From the NCBI RefSeq assembly GCF_001194135.2, contig NC_068990.1, positions 78,683,258 to 78,747,257 of the forward strand: a DNA stretch of 64,000 nucleotides. Reading direction: 5' to 3'. A model generated the notes under the pieces. It was not told the DNA's origin and did not search any database. It was given only the letters and a program-made list of their open reading frames with translations. Made by a program: the position numbers and the translations under genes. This document shows positions 1 through 12,520 of this stretch, piece by piece; the stretch's first letter is position 1, and each line of letters starts with the position of its first letter. Origin of the DNA: Octopus bimaculoides. Taxonomy: Eukaryota.

Positions 1-268
1 TCAGAACAGGCCATGGGCCCAGCCTCTCCTCTTCTCCCTTCTCTGCCCCCTAAGAAATCTTGGGAGGGTCAGAACAGGCCATGGGCCCAGCCTCTCGTCT
101 TCTCCCTTCCCTGCCCCTAAGAAATCCTGGGAGGGTTAGAACAGGCCATGGGCCCAGCCTCTCCTCTTCTCCCCTCCTTGCCCCCTAAGAAATCCTGGGA
201 GGGTCAGAACAGGCCATGGGCCCAGCCTCTCCTCTTCTCCCTTCCCTGCTCCCTAAGAAATCCTGGTT
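1..268. repeat. Minisatellite, 67-68 bp unit, 4 or more copies (cut by the window edge)
   Basis: Units start at 1, 69, 136 and 204: TCAGAACAGGCCATGGGCCCAGCCTCTCCTCTTCTCCC...CCTAAGAAATCCTGGGAGGG. Confidence 0.95.
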
Positions 269-1129
269 GTGTGGAGATCCTTTGGCTGATTCCTTTGTAT
301 GGAATTTGGTTCCTCAGATAAATAGATTCATTTATGTCACTATTTTCTTAAGAAAAGGCATAAACATCACCACTTCCTATTTTTCCTTCTGTGTAATTCA
401 TTCCTACAGCAATCAGTTCAAATGTATGATTTGGCAACAACACAAACATTTTATTTTAATCACATGAATGGAAGAGAAGCACCATTTTAGGTCTTTTTTA
501 TTTTCTATTTTGTTGTGTGGTAGTGACATGATGATGATTATGATGATGATGATGATGGTGGTGATGGTGATGGTGGTGGTGGTGGTGGTGGTGGTGAGGC
601 AGTAGCAGTGATGATAACATTGATGACAGTTGTTATGGTGATGATGATGATGATGGGGACATTGTTGATTAGTGAATGGTGGTGGCGATGACTGTGTTGG
701 GCTGTTATGGTGGGTGGGTGGGTGTTTGCATTTTGAAGGGTGATTTCGTAGTCAGTACAATAACAATAGCAACAACAAGAATCAAAGGCAGTAGCAGCTA
801 CAACAACAAGACAAACATCACAATATTTAACAAAAGAAAAAAAAAAAACTGAGCTTTAACTACAAAAGTACCCAGCTTGTCTCTCCTCTACAATCTTCAT
901 CTCACCACCCCAACCCCTATTCACAAACCTATCCACTCCTCCATCTAACAGCAGATCAATAAATCAATAATTGATCTTTCCTGCTGTAATCTGTTTTTGG
1001 AGAACTATGACCTGGGTTGGTGAAGCAATCACGTCACAGGCCTTGTGTATGTGTGTACATATATATATATATGTATGTGTGCATGTATATGACTATGTGT
1101 GTGTTTCATTATTTTAAATCTACTTCACT

Positions 1130-1970
1130 CAGCTGCCATCAGTTGGATGAGCCTGTTGTATAACCAACCATCAACCATCAACCACCTTAGTCTTTCATCC
1201 TCTCCCCGATGAGACCAAATTTCCTCAGATCAAATCTTACTCCTTTTCTTCCCACATCTTCCACTTCTTTGAGGACCCTTCACTCCATACACATCCCACA
1301 TCTACATACAAACACTTACCTCTCCTCTCGACTTCATCTGATCCCTTTAATTCTTTCTCACTTTTAGCTTCTTATTTAGCTCCTTAAATGCACTACTTTA
1401 TGAATCCAAACAAAATCACACATCCAAAACACTCAAATTTCTTTTGTACAGTGGACTTTCTTCATTTCCTGAATTAACACTGCAATCTCATTCTTAGGTC
1501 TTTTTAGCAGTGGAGTCCCCTCTGCTGCAGGGATTCAAGTCTGGTCCCTAGTTTGAGTACACCTTTCTCTTTTTCTTTTCCCTCCAACAAGTCTTGGAGG
1601 CCTTGAAAGCACTTTCAAAACCCTAACATCTTCTTTCTTTAATGTCCCTGTCTCAATACTGTGCAGTCTGTGACAAATTCAGTCCATCTTTTGCATAGCC
1701 AACACATTGAAATCTTGCTCCTCTGTCTGCATCTCAGAGATTCCACTGCAGTTTTTATATAACCAATACTTACGTAACCAATGACTCAGTGTTATGTTCC
1801 TACACATCAAGAAAGGTCACCTCCATATGGTATTGCAGTGTAACTAACATATTAGTCTTTGCCATGTTGATATTTAGGCCTTACAACTCGAGACAATGCT
1901 TCCATGTTTGGCACATTTTCTGCAGCCTTTTAACATATTCTGTTATGGGAATTGGGTCAAAAGTGTATTG
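1130..1970 (-). mobile_element. Decayed RTE-type LINE remnant
   Basis: Minus strand MCQTWKHCLEL*GLNINMAKTNMLV followed by CSGI-like and C-terminal RTE-like segments; parallels the copy at 21.3-22.1 kb. Confidence 0.6.
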
Positions 1971-2402
1971 GAACTCTAAAGGACAACCAGTTGTAAATGT
2001 TATAGACTTAACAACCACAAGAATTCAGGATAAATTCATTACAAATATCTCGATATAAATTAAATGTCTAAACTGTATAAACTAAATTGCCAAAACTAGA
2101 ATTGTGACTGGCATTTTAGTATTACATTACATAACTCTTGGAAACTAATCACCAAGATCAAGTTTATTGGACACACACAAACACATCCTCATCATTTAAC
2201 ATCCATTTTTCATGATGGCATGGGTCGAACCATTTGGTAGGAGCTGCTGGTAAGGCTGGGGTTTGCACCAGACTCCATTTTCTCTTTTGGCATGGTTTCT
2301 ACAGCTGGATGCCCTTCCAAATGCCAAATATAAGTACACATATAACATGTAAATACAATAGATATAAGAATATTTTGTGTATGCATGTGTGTAAATAACG
2401 AT

Positions 2403-2480
<78 letters not shown>

Positions 2481-3667
2481 AGCTGAAAATTAAAGTTGAA
2501 AATAATCACTGAGACATATGACTAACTGTTTACAAAACAATTAATTATTATGATAAATTATTATTAATTATAGTAAATTATATGATTAAATATAATTATC
2601 AACCCCATTTCTAATGCACTTCACTGTTTCTTCTCTCTCAAAAAGTTTCCCTCCTAACTTAGACATTTCTCACAGAATCTTTTCTCAGGGTTTAACCCAT
2701 CAATAAAGTTGCAGATATTTGGATGACTGACACTGATTGCCTGATTCAGGGTGCAATGCAAGCATTTACAGTTTGAGTGAGGAGAAGGAGGAGTCCTTGT
2801 CAATCATTAGTCAGAAGCACATTGCAAGTAATTAATGGAAATCAAGTTTGCAGGGCGCCACAGCCTTTGGCTGCTCTCTTTACAGGGTCTGAAAGAATTG
2901 CTCTTAAAATAGAACACAATAGATTTGGCAACAAAGCTGTCACCTGCTTGGTATGAGAATGAAGATGATGACAACAGCAACAACAACTACAACAGCAACA
3001 AGAAGCTAAGTCTACCTCCAATCCCATTAACAGGTCAGAATACAAAAGCAATGAAACTGCACACTTTGAGACTGAAACTGTTGTCATTTCTTAGATTTCA
3101 AACCTTTTGGTACAAGTTTTTAACCCATTTGACCCAAGCAGCATCAAAAATTTGACTTTGGAAATAATTAGAACCCATTATGGACTGCTTTTTGAAATTG
3201 GAATGAAATCCTTTTCAAGTAATCAATTTATATTTGTTTATCATTTGTGTTGAGTATTGTCTGCAAGTAAGGTGAAAATAGTCAAACTAACATTAAAACT
3301 GTTAGTTTGACTATGAAGAACTTATAAGCAGAGAAAATAGATTCAAATAGCAGCATGTTTTGTATGTTCCATGTTGTGACCAGTTCTTGTACTGTTTCAT
3401 CTGTCAAAGAGATTCATCATTTGTCTGCCAATATTCCTGTTCTCTTCCATTCTTTTGTCCCATTGTCACACTGTAAGAAACTTTATATCACTGACAATAT
3501 AAGGGAATTGCCCTGGAATAGAAAACCCAATATTTGTAAAGGAACAAAGACGATGGACTGGATGCAATCAACTTGGCTTCAGTATTTAAATATTTCTATT
3601 AAAAGGCCAATTAAAAATATACATACATTTGGACATACTCTCACACTTACACATGTCTGCATACCTA

Positions 3668-3758
3668 CATTAATCCATACACATTAATCCATACACATTA
3701 ATCCATACACATTAATCCATACACATTAATCCATACACATTAATCCATACACATTAAT
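3668..3758. repeat. 14-bp tandem repeat, 6.5 copies
   Basis: (CATTAATCCATACA)n. Confidence 0.95.
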
Positions 3759-3990
3759 TTCATAGCTAAATACAACCCTGTTGTCCATAAGCTCATACAA
3801 TGTAAATGCTGTCCTCCATATTTTTGCAACTTGACAAGTTACAAAAAGAATCATTTCTTATTTTTCTTTTTTGTCCATTAACCAAATTTCTGTCTTAGGA
3901 TTATTTTCGTATTATGGATATCTTTCAATGTCCAGTTAATCTCATCAGCATCTTCAGACAACATTCAACTAATCAATTCCTTCATATTCT

Positions 3991-4223
3991 TATTTCTTTA
4001 TTGTCCACAAGGGGCTAAACATAGAGGGGACAAACAAGGACAGGCAAAGGGATTAAGTCGATTACATCGACCCCAATGTGTAACTGGTACTTAATTTATC
4101 GACCCCGAAAGGATGAAAGGGAAAGTCGACCTCGACGGAATTTGAACTCAGAACGTAACGGCAGACGAAACCCCGCTAAGCATTTTGCCCGGCGTGCTAA
4201 CGTTTCTGCCAGCTCACCGCCTT
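3991..4223 (-). mobile_element. tRNA-derived SINE family A, young copy with TSD
   Basis: Head GGCGGTGAGCTGGCAGAAACGTTAGC, B-box GAGTTCAAATTCC, core CTTTCATCCTTTCGGGGTCGATAAATTAAGTACCAG. 13-bp TSD TCCTTCATATTCT at 3978-3990 and 4224-4236. Confidence 0.88.
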
Positions 4224-6432
4224 TCCTTCATATTCTATCATATTCCTTCATATTCTGTCAACCTAACCAACAGACTGAGGTCTTTATTATCAACAGTTGC
4301 TGTGACTGATGGTTATCTTAATCTTAACATAATTAATGTTGTGAGCATCAAAACTCTAATTAGAAATAACAATGAAATAAGGACAAAACAATAATTTACT
4401 CAGTGACTAGTTTTGTAATTATGGCAAGAGAAACAACTTGGGGGCATGTTTCAGTTTTATGAGTCCTCTTTAGTAAAGCATACACTCCATTGTCTTCGTA
4501 GAAATAAGGATTTATCTTTTAAAGAATATGTTAGATATTTATGTCTAAACACAAACAATATAATATAATGAGTTAATAGAGTCTAACATCGTTATTTTGG
4601 TAAATATAAAGAAATTTGTGTTAATTCAGCAGTAACCATATGTAGAGTTATTTCTCATATTAGTTGAAATGATTCAAGAAATATGAAAGATTGAGTTAAT
4701 ATTGTCTTTTTCTCACAAAATTATCATTTCTAATTGTATTTTTGATGCTGACTCAATTGATTATTTTAACACTAACTTCACTCTTGTTTTTCATTCAGAC
4801 AGTATCTCTGGTTAATTATAATTAATCTTAGAGATGTCATTTATGAAATATGATTGTAAACATCGTAAACATTTCTGTTATCAACCTCTGCAGACACATT
4901 GCAACTAATAAGTCAACAACAACTCTCTCTCTCTCGCTTGCTCTCTCCCTCTCTCCCCCCCCCCTCTCTCTCTCTCTCTCTCATTAATGTTCACTGTTTG
5001 TGTTGATTCACTCCACATCTACTAAGTATATGTCTCTAGTTAAGATCTACAGATTGGTTTATTTGGTCAATATTTACAAACTCCGGTCCATTGATAGACA
5101 GTGATCAATGGAGTCGATAACTTTAGATTGTGATCATTCCACCAACCAATAACTGAAGACTTTGTCTCTTCAGCCAATATTTATTGATATTATATTTTGT
5201 ATTTATGGAGGTACTATTTACAAACAGCCTGAATCTGACAGAAACAAAGAAATAAAATGCTTTTTAGGGCATGAAAACCCCAGAGTGAAATATTATTTTA
5301 TGTCAATAGAAATACGTTTATTAAGAAGTAACCCAATATTTGAAAATCATCCAACCAAGTTTTTAGCTCAAGGTTACAACTGGGAAGTTTCTAAGCAGGT
5401 TTTACTTTCTCAGAGCTGGGATTACATGCAAACACAAACAATGTAAAAAATGTTCTCACACACACACACATACACACACACAGCACCCTAATTATGTTTT
5501 ATTTAATCACTTGGTCAAAGGTTGAAGGGCAATGCCCTTGACCATTTTTCATGGCCTCGAACACAGCTGGTAGGGAGGAAAGAGGTCATTCTCAAACCAG
5601 AAATCTGGCTCAAATACTGTCCACATAACAGACTCCAGTAAATGCAGCCATGTTCCAGGTGAGGGTTTTAAACAGGTGGGGGTGGGGGATGAATTAAGTT
5701 TAACACACACAAACACACACACATTACTGTCAGTGCAACCATGTACACACACTAACTCTAACATGTCGTCTGCACTAACCGGTATTTATTCACACACACA
5801 CACACACACACATGCCCACACACTATGCATATATAATACCTCACACAAGATAATAGTATTTCTCTGTTAATGTAAAGTGAAATGTTGTCTTGTGTAAAGG
5901 GACAGCTGGTATTTGATATAAAAAAAAGAGATGTAAAGACAAAAACTGTCCTCTTTTTACACAAACACCAAACACACAAAGAGATTGTCCCCCCCCCATG
6001 CACAAATACGCAAACAAACATATATGCATTCATATACATACTCACAAACACACACACAAATATTTTATCCCTACACTCATTTAAGACACACATACACTCA
6101 TTTAAGACTGAAGAACCCTTAGTGTCTTTGCAAAGATTTCATCCCTTTTTAGCTCAAATGTTACAGTTGGGTGGCATATTGAGAACCCTGTGCCACTTCT
6201 AATGTCACAGCTCTGTGACACATTTGGAAGCTTGTGTCACAGCTGTGTGACATGTTAAAAACTTTGTGTCACCCTTAATGTCATGTGACTGTGACTTAAG
6301 AGGAGACACATTATAAAAAGATGTGAGAAGACACTGAAAGAGATTTAATCTTTAATTTGTACAATTCCACTTGATATAAAAAGGATATTTTAGGTTTGTG
6401 TGGAAAATGAACCCATCGTTTATCTATCTACA

Positions 6433-6518
6433 TCAGTGGTTCTCAACTGGGGTCATCATGACCCTTGGGGTTCATATAAGATTTTGTTGTTAAGGGTTTG
6501 GTGAAATAATTTGGTTAT
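6433..6518 (+). mobile_element. hAT-like MITE 5' end truncated by a LINE
   Basis: Begins CAGTGGTTCTCAACTGGGG (hAT/Charlie-type TIR) and abuts the LINE remnant; no matching 3' TIR seen. Confidence 0.5.
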
Positions 6519-6519
6519 T

Positions 6520-7335
6520 TTCCCTCCCAAAATGCATGGCAGTACACCTGTCCACAGCCAGCTTAAGTTGCTGGTCCATGATCCATTGTTGCATTGTGTC
6601 CAGGTCCAATTTCAGGAAAGATCTATAGTGTTCAGGATCTGACCTTTTTATCTCAAGGTACAGCTTGATGTCATCTGCATATTTCAGCACTGTGGCATTC
6701 TTTAAGTTGGTATCTATGTTATTAATGTACGCAACAAACAAAAGGGGACCAAGAACAGATCCCTGTGGTACACCAGATGATATCTCATAGGGTGAAGAAT
6801 GCTGTCCTAGAACTGTGACCACCTCTTTTCAGCTGAGAATGGACTCCAACCAGTTTAAAAGATCATCTTTCACACCCATTGCAGAAAGTTTTGCCATAAG
6901 TCTTTTGTGTGGCACAGAATTAAAAGCTTTAGAAAAGTCAAGGTAAACAACATCCACCCATGAACTGCCATCAGTGACTCGGGTGATGTCTTTAAGAAAC
7001 TCAATAAGTTGATCACAGCAGCTAAAGTTAGGGATAAATCCAAACTGTGAGGGGCGGATAAGGCTGTGAGAATTCCAGAAATTCCAGAACAGTGTTTCTC
7101 TGGCACAGGATTCCATTAGTTTGGCAATGCAGCTAATAAGATTGACTGGACGATAGTTGACAAGTGTTGACCGATTTTGAACAGAGGAATGACACTCACA
7201 GTTTTCCACTGCTCTGGAATATCATCACCGTTATTAAGGCAGAACTGAAAGAAGAGTGAAAGCTGGTGCAGAAGAAAGTACCCACCACGTTTGAGAAGCA
7301 GGTACGTAACATTATCAAGACCATGGAGGCATAGT
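6520..7335 (-). mobile_element. CR1/L2-type LINE reverse transcriptase remnant
   Basis: NYRPVNLISCIAKLME, PSQFGF, VDVVYLDFSKAFNSVPH, SGVPQGSVLGPLLF and KYADD, split by frameshifts. Confidence 0.92.
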
Positions 7336-9049
7336 TGCATTTATTCTTAACTAATATTAATTATAATCTAGAATTAGAGGTCAACTTTCAGATATTTTAC
7401 ATGACATGGGAGATAACTCGCATTAAAATTTTGGTAATTTTTCTGTTATCTCCACGAGAAAATGACATTTTTTTTTTTAAAGGGAAAGAAAATGGTTTAT
7501 AAAGACAAATGGTGGCAAGTTATCATTTTATGAATTCATTAAATATTTCATTATTTACTGATAAATAACTTATTTGATGAAAAGTAAAACAAAAATAAAA
7601 TAATTTTATCAGAGCTATATCAAAATCCTTTAAGCTATAAAGGAATATAAAAAAACTATTTATGTAAATGAGTTTTCACTAATTTATTATTATTTGTGGG
7701 CAGTTAATTAGTTTGTGTCATGGAGTTTTAAATCTTATCAACAGATAAGATTGTTATTGTTGCTGTTGTTGCTACTTGACTGCAACATCTACAATAATGG
7801 CTGTGTTCTATTTTCCCTGCTTATTTTCTCAGGTCAGGATTGAAGATCTCTGAGTAACAGAAATACCTTTGAAGAGCCTACAGAAAACATTTTCTGACTC
7901 CTGCCATTATCCTCTCATCTTAGTACTAACCAACTCCCTCAGGATGCTGTTTTCAACGACACCATTAAATGTGGTTTGGATGCAACCAGTTTTCCATCAC
8001 AGGGTTAGACTGTGGAGTGGCAAAAGACTGAACAGCTCCCCGCCCACTCTTCCCATTCCTAGGCAGCAATCTTTAATCTAGAATGTAAACTACGATGAGA
8101 ATTTCTCCAGCAACAACAACAACTGCTGTCATATCCAATCTTTTTTGCTGGATTGGCCGAGGACCTTAACTGGCTGCTCTGATAGGTTTCTTCTTGATCT
8201 TACAACACTAGAAATGTCCATCGTTCTGGGATGCTTACTTAGTTTGATCAGAGTAGCAAGGTTACATGGAGGCTGTAAGGTGTAGTAGCTCTTTTAAGGA
8301 AGCACCTTCCTTGATATTCTTGGGTTAGGAGTTTGCTGTTTTCTTTGCCAGGACCATAAAACTTACCATCCATTCACTGTGATATAATAACCACATAAAA
8401 AAAACATACCAGGATTTTAAAGCTATTGTTTTATTTATTTTATTTTATGGTATCAATAACATAATGGAAGTAGAAGTTATGAAGGATGATATATATTGAC
8501 TATTTCTTTACTGTTTCATTGCCTTTTCTGTTGTGCATCTTTGGTTACCTCTCAGTTTGAACAGCTACTGTCTCTCAATATTTACATTCTTTATATCTTG
8601 TATTATCCTATGAGCTGTAAATATAATTAAATTTAAAGAAGGGAAATAACAGATAATTTATTGCCAAATTGAAGGTTGTTGATAATAACAGATAATTTAT
8701 TGCCAAATGTAAAAAGGCTCTCTTCAAGCTCTGGAATATTTTACAATAAGATTTATAAGGCAGTAATATATAGAGTGACAAATGAAAAATGAAGAAAGAT
8801 TTTCAACTACAAATAACATCACTTCCTTCCATTCGTCCTTGAATTGGCAGCTCAGCTGTAACTGTCCCATCTTTGTGCCTGACATAATGGATTCAGTCTG
8901 TTTTACGTTTTGATTAAAATCTTTTTTTATTTTATTAAATCTAGTAGATAGGTTCCCCTATAACACGTATTAGGAGGGCTGTTCTGTAATACTTGAAAGT
9001 TCAACATCATTCTACTTGACATCTCAATATTATTGTAGTTGCCATCGAC

Positions 9050-9365
9050 ATTGGTGTCAGAAGCAAGGTCATTGTATTTGACATCAACAAAGCCTGTCAC
9101 TGTGGCTGCTACAAGAACCTACTTGCCTGGCTGACATTCAGTGATATTCGTCCCCCTGTTGGGATGTACCATTGCAGTGTGCTCTAATGAGCGTTCTCTG
9201 ATTCAATGTCTCAGTCCTGATGTACCTTATGGCTTGTTTATGTCACTCATGCTATTCCTTCTGTGCATTTACAATTCTTTTTCTTCTAATGACACTTACT
9301 TATGTTCAGATGAAGCCATCTTCATTCCTTTTTCCCTTTCCACATACAGACATCAACCACAGGAA
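9050..9365 (+). mobile_element. Highly decayed LINE RT remnant (Jockey/CR1-like)
   Basis: VIVFDINKA, KNLLAWL, DVPYGLFMSLMLFLLCIYN (resembles GVPQGSVLSPTLFLLFIND), CSDE (resembles YADD). Confidence 0.6.
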
Positions 9366-9408
9366 AACTTACCCTACGCCCATGTTAAACGTGTATTGAC
9401 GCCAGGAA

Positions 9409-9458
9409 ACATCTTCCAATGAGGGACATTTTCCAATGAGGGACATTTTCCAATGAGG
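9409..9458. repeat. 17-bp tandem repeat, 3 copies
   Basis: (ACATTTTCCAATGAGGG)n. Confidence 0.9.
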
Positions 9459-10216
9459 TGATGCTATTACATCTTTCAACAATACCAAAAATAATCAGAG
9501 TTCGTATCGAGGAAACGATGTTATATTCTCACCATCTGTTATCAGGAATAAATTCACAATTAACCCTAACCTCCTATAATTACTACAAATGCAAAGGGAT
9601 TCACAATTAGTAAGGAACTCTTTGGTGTAGTTAAAAAGATGATGATAATGGCTTCTCTCATTGTAGGAAAATAAGACAACCAATGTCTTTTAAAAGTAGT
9701 AATGATACATTCCTATGGTGTAAATAGTCCGTGGAAAGGGAATGGCAAGAGTAAGAGTATGTGTGTGTGTGTGTGTGAGAGAGAGAGAGCCGTTTCACAG
9801 ACAACAAAGTTAGAGGTAATAAGAAAGATTGAAAATTGTTAATTAAGAAAGAAGGCAAAATATGAACGATGATGACAGGCAAGATTTTCGATTAGCTAGA
9901 ATAAGAAAACAGGCCAGAAGAGAAAATATGATTGAAGAGAATAAGGCAAGTTTTTGGTTTGCCAGATTCTGGTATAATGACCCTCCTGCGAATAGAACAA
10001 ACAAAATTACCAAGAGACTAATCAAATGACTTTTGGAGGAAACGATTGGATATTATTACGGAATGGGGAGGTATTAGCGATTGACACTGTACCACGAAAA
10101 TATTTGTGGAGTACCCACGGTCATTTCAAGTTCGACTTAAAATAAAAAATATATAACAAGAAATCTAACTCTGTGCCAGGTTGAAGTCATTAAGAGTTAC
10201 GTCCCATTTCACAGCA

Positions 10217-10228
10217 GAAAATGGCGCC
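10217..10228 (+). promoter_or_regulatory. TISU/YY1-like element overlapping the SUGCT start codon
   Basis: GAAAATGGCGCC matches the TISU consensus SAASATGGCGGC at 10 of 12 positions and contains the YY1-type AANATGGCG. CpG-rich surroundings, no clear TATA box. Confidence 0.45.
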
Positions 10229-10302
10229 AACGTCTCTCCGGCTTTTCAAACTGTTTCCCTCTGTTGGGACCTTTAACCCGTTTCATGTCCGATACTGCTC
10301 AG
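10221..10302 (+). CDS. SUGCT: SUGCT exon 1 (mitochondrial presequence-like)
   Basis: MAPTSLRLFKLFPSVGTFNPFHVRYCS+G, donor G|GTATAT. Contains R/K/S/L/F, no acidic residues. Start context GAAAATGGCG in a CpG-rich zone. Assigned by position and composition, not by homology. Confidence 0.75.
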
Positions 10303-11104
10303 GTATATATACCGGCATTTACTCATCTCTTTTATCAATATAGAAATCAATGTATAGAAAAAAGCCAACTGTCTTGTACCGTCTCAGATTCATCCATAAC
10401 ACAAGATAAACATCGAAGGTTGTTTTAGGGACAACTTGCCGCCAACCGAGACCTTAAATCGGTTTCGATTCCCCAAAACCATTTCCCTTTATTTGTGTCA
10501 CTTAAATAATTATAAAATGTCATCCTTCTTATATGATAAAATCATTATCCCGTTGGAGCCGATCTACAGAATTTATTGATTAGCGTTGTTAATGAAATAA
10601 GTAGGAGCACCCCGCCTCCGGCAATTTCTCGTTCCCTGCAAATTCAAAGCGTTGTCCATAAATAGGGATTCGGGTATAATACTCGAATATATAATCTAGA
10701 TTGCCTTGGAATTTCAGCTTTTAATGAATTCTGTTTCACAAGTATTCTATGAAGGATCCTCTATAAAGTCACTAGACTTGCTAGAAATAGCAGTCAAATC
10801 TCCCTCAAATTACACTCCACCGTTTTGGAAAAGAAATGAAGAATACATTGGATAACAAAGCCTTAGATACACTATTCCTGAAAACCAGACTAGATGTTTT
10901 CTTATGGAATATCTTTAACCATAAGTTTGTTTAATCTCAAACATTAATTACCCTTGAGAAAGACACGTAACATCATCCCTAACCCAAGACATCCGTGGCC
11001 TTGTACCTATTTGCAACGACGTTTTATGTTCTGAGTTCAAATCCTGCCGAAGTCTGGTTTTTATGGTGGGAAAATGAGGGCTGATAAATAATATATTTGT
11101 GAAA

Positions 11105-11318
11105 TGGTTTCCAATTTTGGGACAAGGCCAGCAATTTAGGGGGAGGGGCAAGTCAGTTACATCGCCCCTAGTGTTCAACTGGTACTTATTTTATTGCCTC
11201 CGAAAGGATGACAGGCAATGTCGATTCTGGTGGCATTTGAACTCAGAACATAAAGACGGACGAAATGTTGCGAAGCATTTTGTCTGGCGCGCTAACGATT
11301 CTGCCAGCTTGTCACCTT
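11105..11318 (-). mobile_element. SINE family A copy. Others at about 18921-19130(-), 28975-29135(+), 29830-30044(+), 34915-35035(-), 42226-42438(+), 54280-54420(+), 57855-57958(+), 62755-62968(-)
   Basis: Shared GAGTTCAAAT..GCC.AGGT.GACTTTGCCTTTCATCC...AAGTACCAGT...CTGGGGT.GATGTAAT motifs; boundaries approximate. Confidence 0.82.
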
Positions 11319-11399
11319 ATAACAGTGAAATATTGGTCAATTGTATCAATTCCTTCCTTTAAATTTTGGGGGATAATGCAGAATCGCACCCCTCCTGGA

Positions 11400-12520
11400 A
11401 AAATGCATTTGTTTGAAAAATATATTTCGGATTCCTACGTTTTAGATGTTGGAGATTACAAATATACAAAAAAGAAAATTTTAAAAAAAATTTTTAATCC
11501 CCCCCCCCCACATTTTAAAATTTTGAACTTTTTCGAAATTTTTTTAAAACCACCTTTTCCAAATTTAAAATGCCCACCTCAACCTCCCCTTCCCCCAAAT
11601 TTTAAATTTTTCAAATTTCACCCCGCCTCTCCGGCAGGTGAATTTTTTTCCCCACGAGAGTTCTGGACCCCAGTTATGAACTCATTTGTATGCAGCCAAT
11701 CAGAGCTCAACTACCAAACTAGTATCCACCTAGTCACGAAAATACTCTGGTTGAAAGTTCAGTGGAAAATGTGTGTTATAGCAAAATCTAATTGTTTTAA
11801 ACAGGTTTATAAAGGTGACACATGTGAAATTTAGTGTAAAAAGTGAATGGAGAGCTGCTCCCAGATGATGCCATAAGTGTTGCCAATTTGTGTAATTTAC
11901 CAGAAAATGTAAATGAGTGTAGTTTCCCAAGTTTTTGACTGATTTTGTACCTTCCTAATTCAAAATGTTGGTGTTGATCTGGAAACATCGTAATCAATAT
12001 GGCGTTGTGTCGTATTGCACCCTCCTTGCATATATCAATGGGTACCTGCAGTATCACTANNNNNNNNNNGCATATATCAATGGGTACCTGCAGTATCACT
12101 AATCTCAGTCTGAGCATTGGTACCTAATGTTAGCTCCATATAGAGATGGTGCTCAATTGATCTATGAAAATGGTGGAGGGAGGGATGTGGTGCTTATGTG
12201 AGACCTGCTATGCTGTACTCACAGAGTGGCATACACCATTCTATGCCTGACTGACTGTACTGTAGTAGTACACAGTATGTGGATTTTCAAGGTGAACTCT
12301 GATTGGCTGTATGCAAATGAGTTCATTACTGGGGTCCGGAACTCTTGTGGGAAAAAAATTTCGCCTCTGGTGGACCTGACGCACAGTCATCCCCACCCCA
12401 AAACAAACATTTCCAATTTTATTTTCAGTGGGTTCCTATGTTTTCGATGACGGAGATTCCGAATATGTAAGAAACCACGTTTTCAAAATTTTTAATTCAA
12501 TAAACATATGTACGAGAGAG
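11400..12520. mobile_element. Foldback-like element with ~70-bp inverted arms
   Basis: 11641-11710 is the near reverse complement of 12292-12361; flanking blocks 11425-11490 and 12430-12500 are similar in direct orientation. Confidence 0.5.

Noticed and set aside
1310-1790. Strong minus-strand GTAAGT donors near 1320 and 1773
   Set aside because: Both lie inside a decayed RTE LINE, and the upstream frames contain stops.
7830-8370. Protein-like minus-strand stretches (e.g. MDGKFYGPGKENSKLL)
   Set aside because: Interrupted by stops in all frames and no recognisable motif.
1-9460. Short tandem repeats as possible CRISPR arrays
   Set aside because: Eukaryotic context, contiguous repeats without unique spacers, and no cas genes.
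9843-10025. Hydrophobic minus-strand ORF resembling a membrane protein
   Set aside because: TTG start, short, and T-rich composition yields F/L/I by chance.
11265-11834. 189-aa Pro/Phe/Lys-rich ORF
   Set aside because: Runs through SINE and homopolymer-rich, low-quality repeat sequence.
12028-12101. 32-bp direct repeat flanking a 10-N gap
   Set aside because: Identical sequence on both sides of a minimal gap is an unmerged contig overlap, not a biological duplication or TSD.
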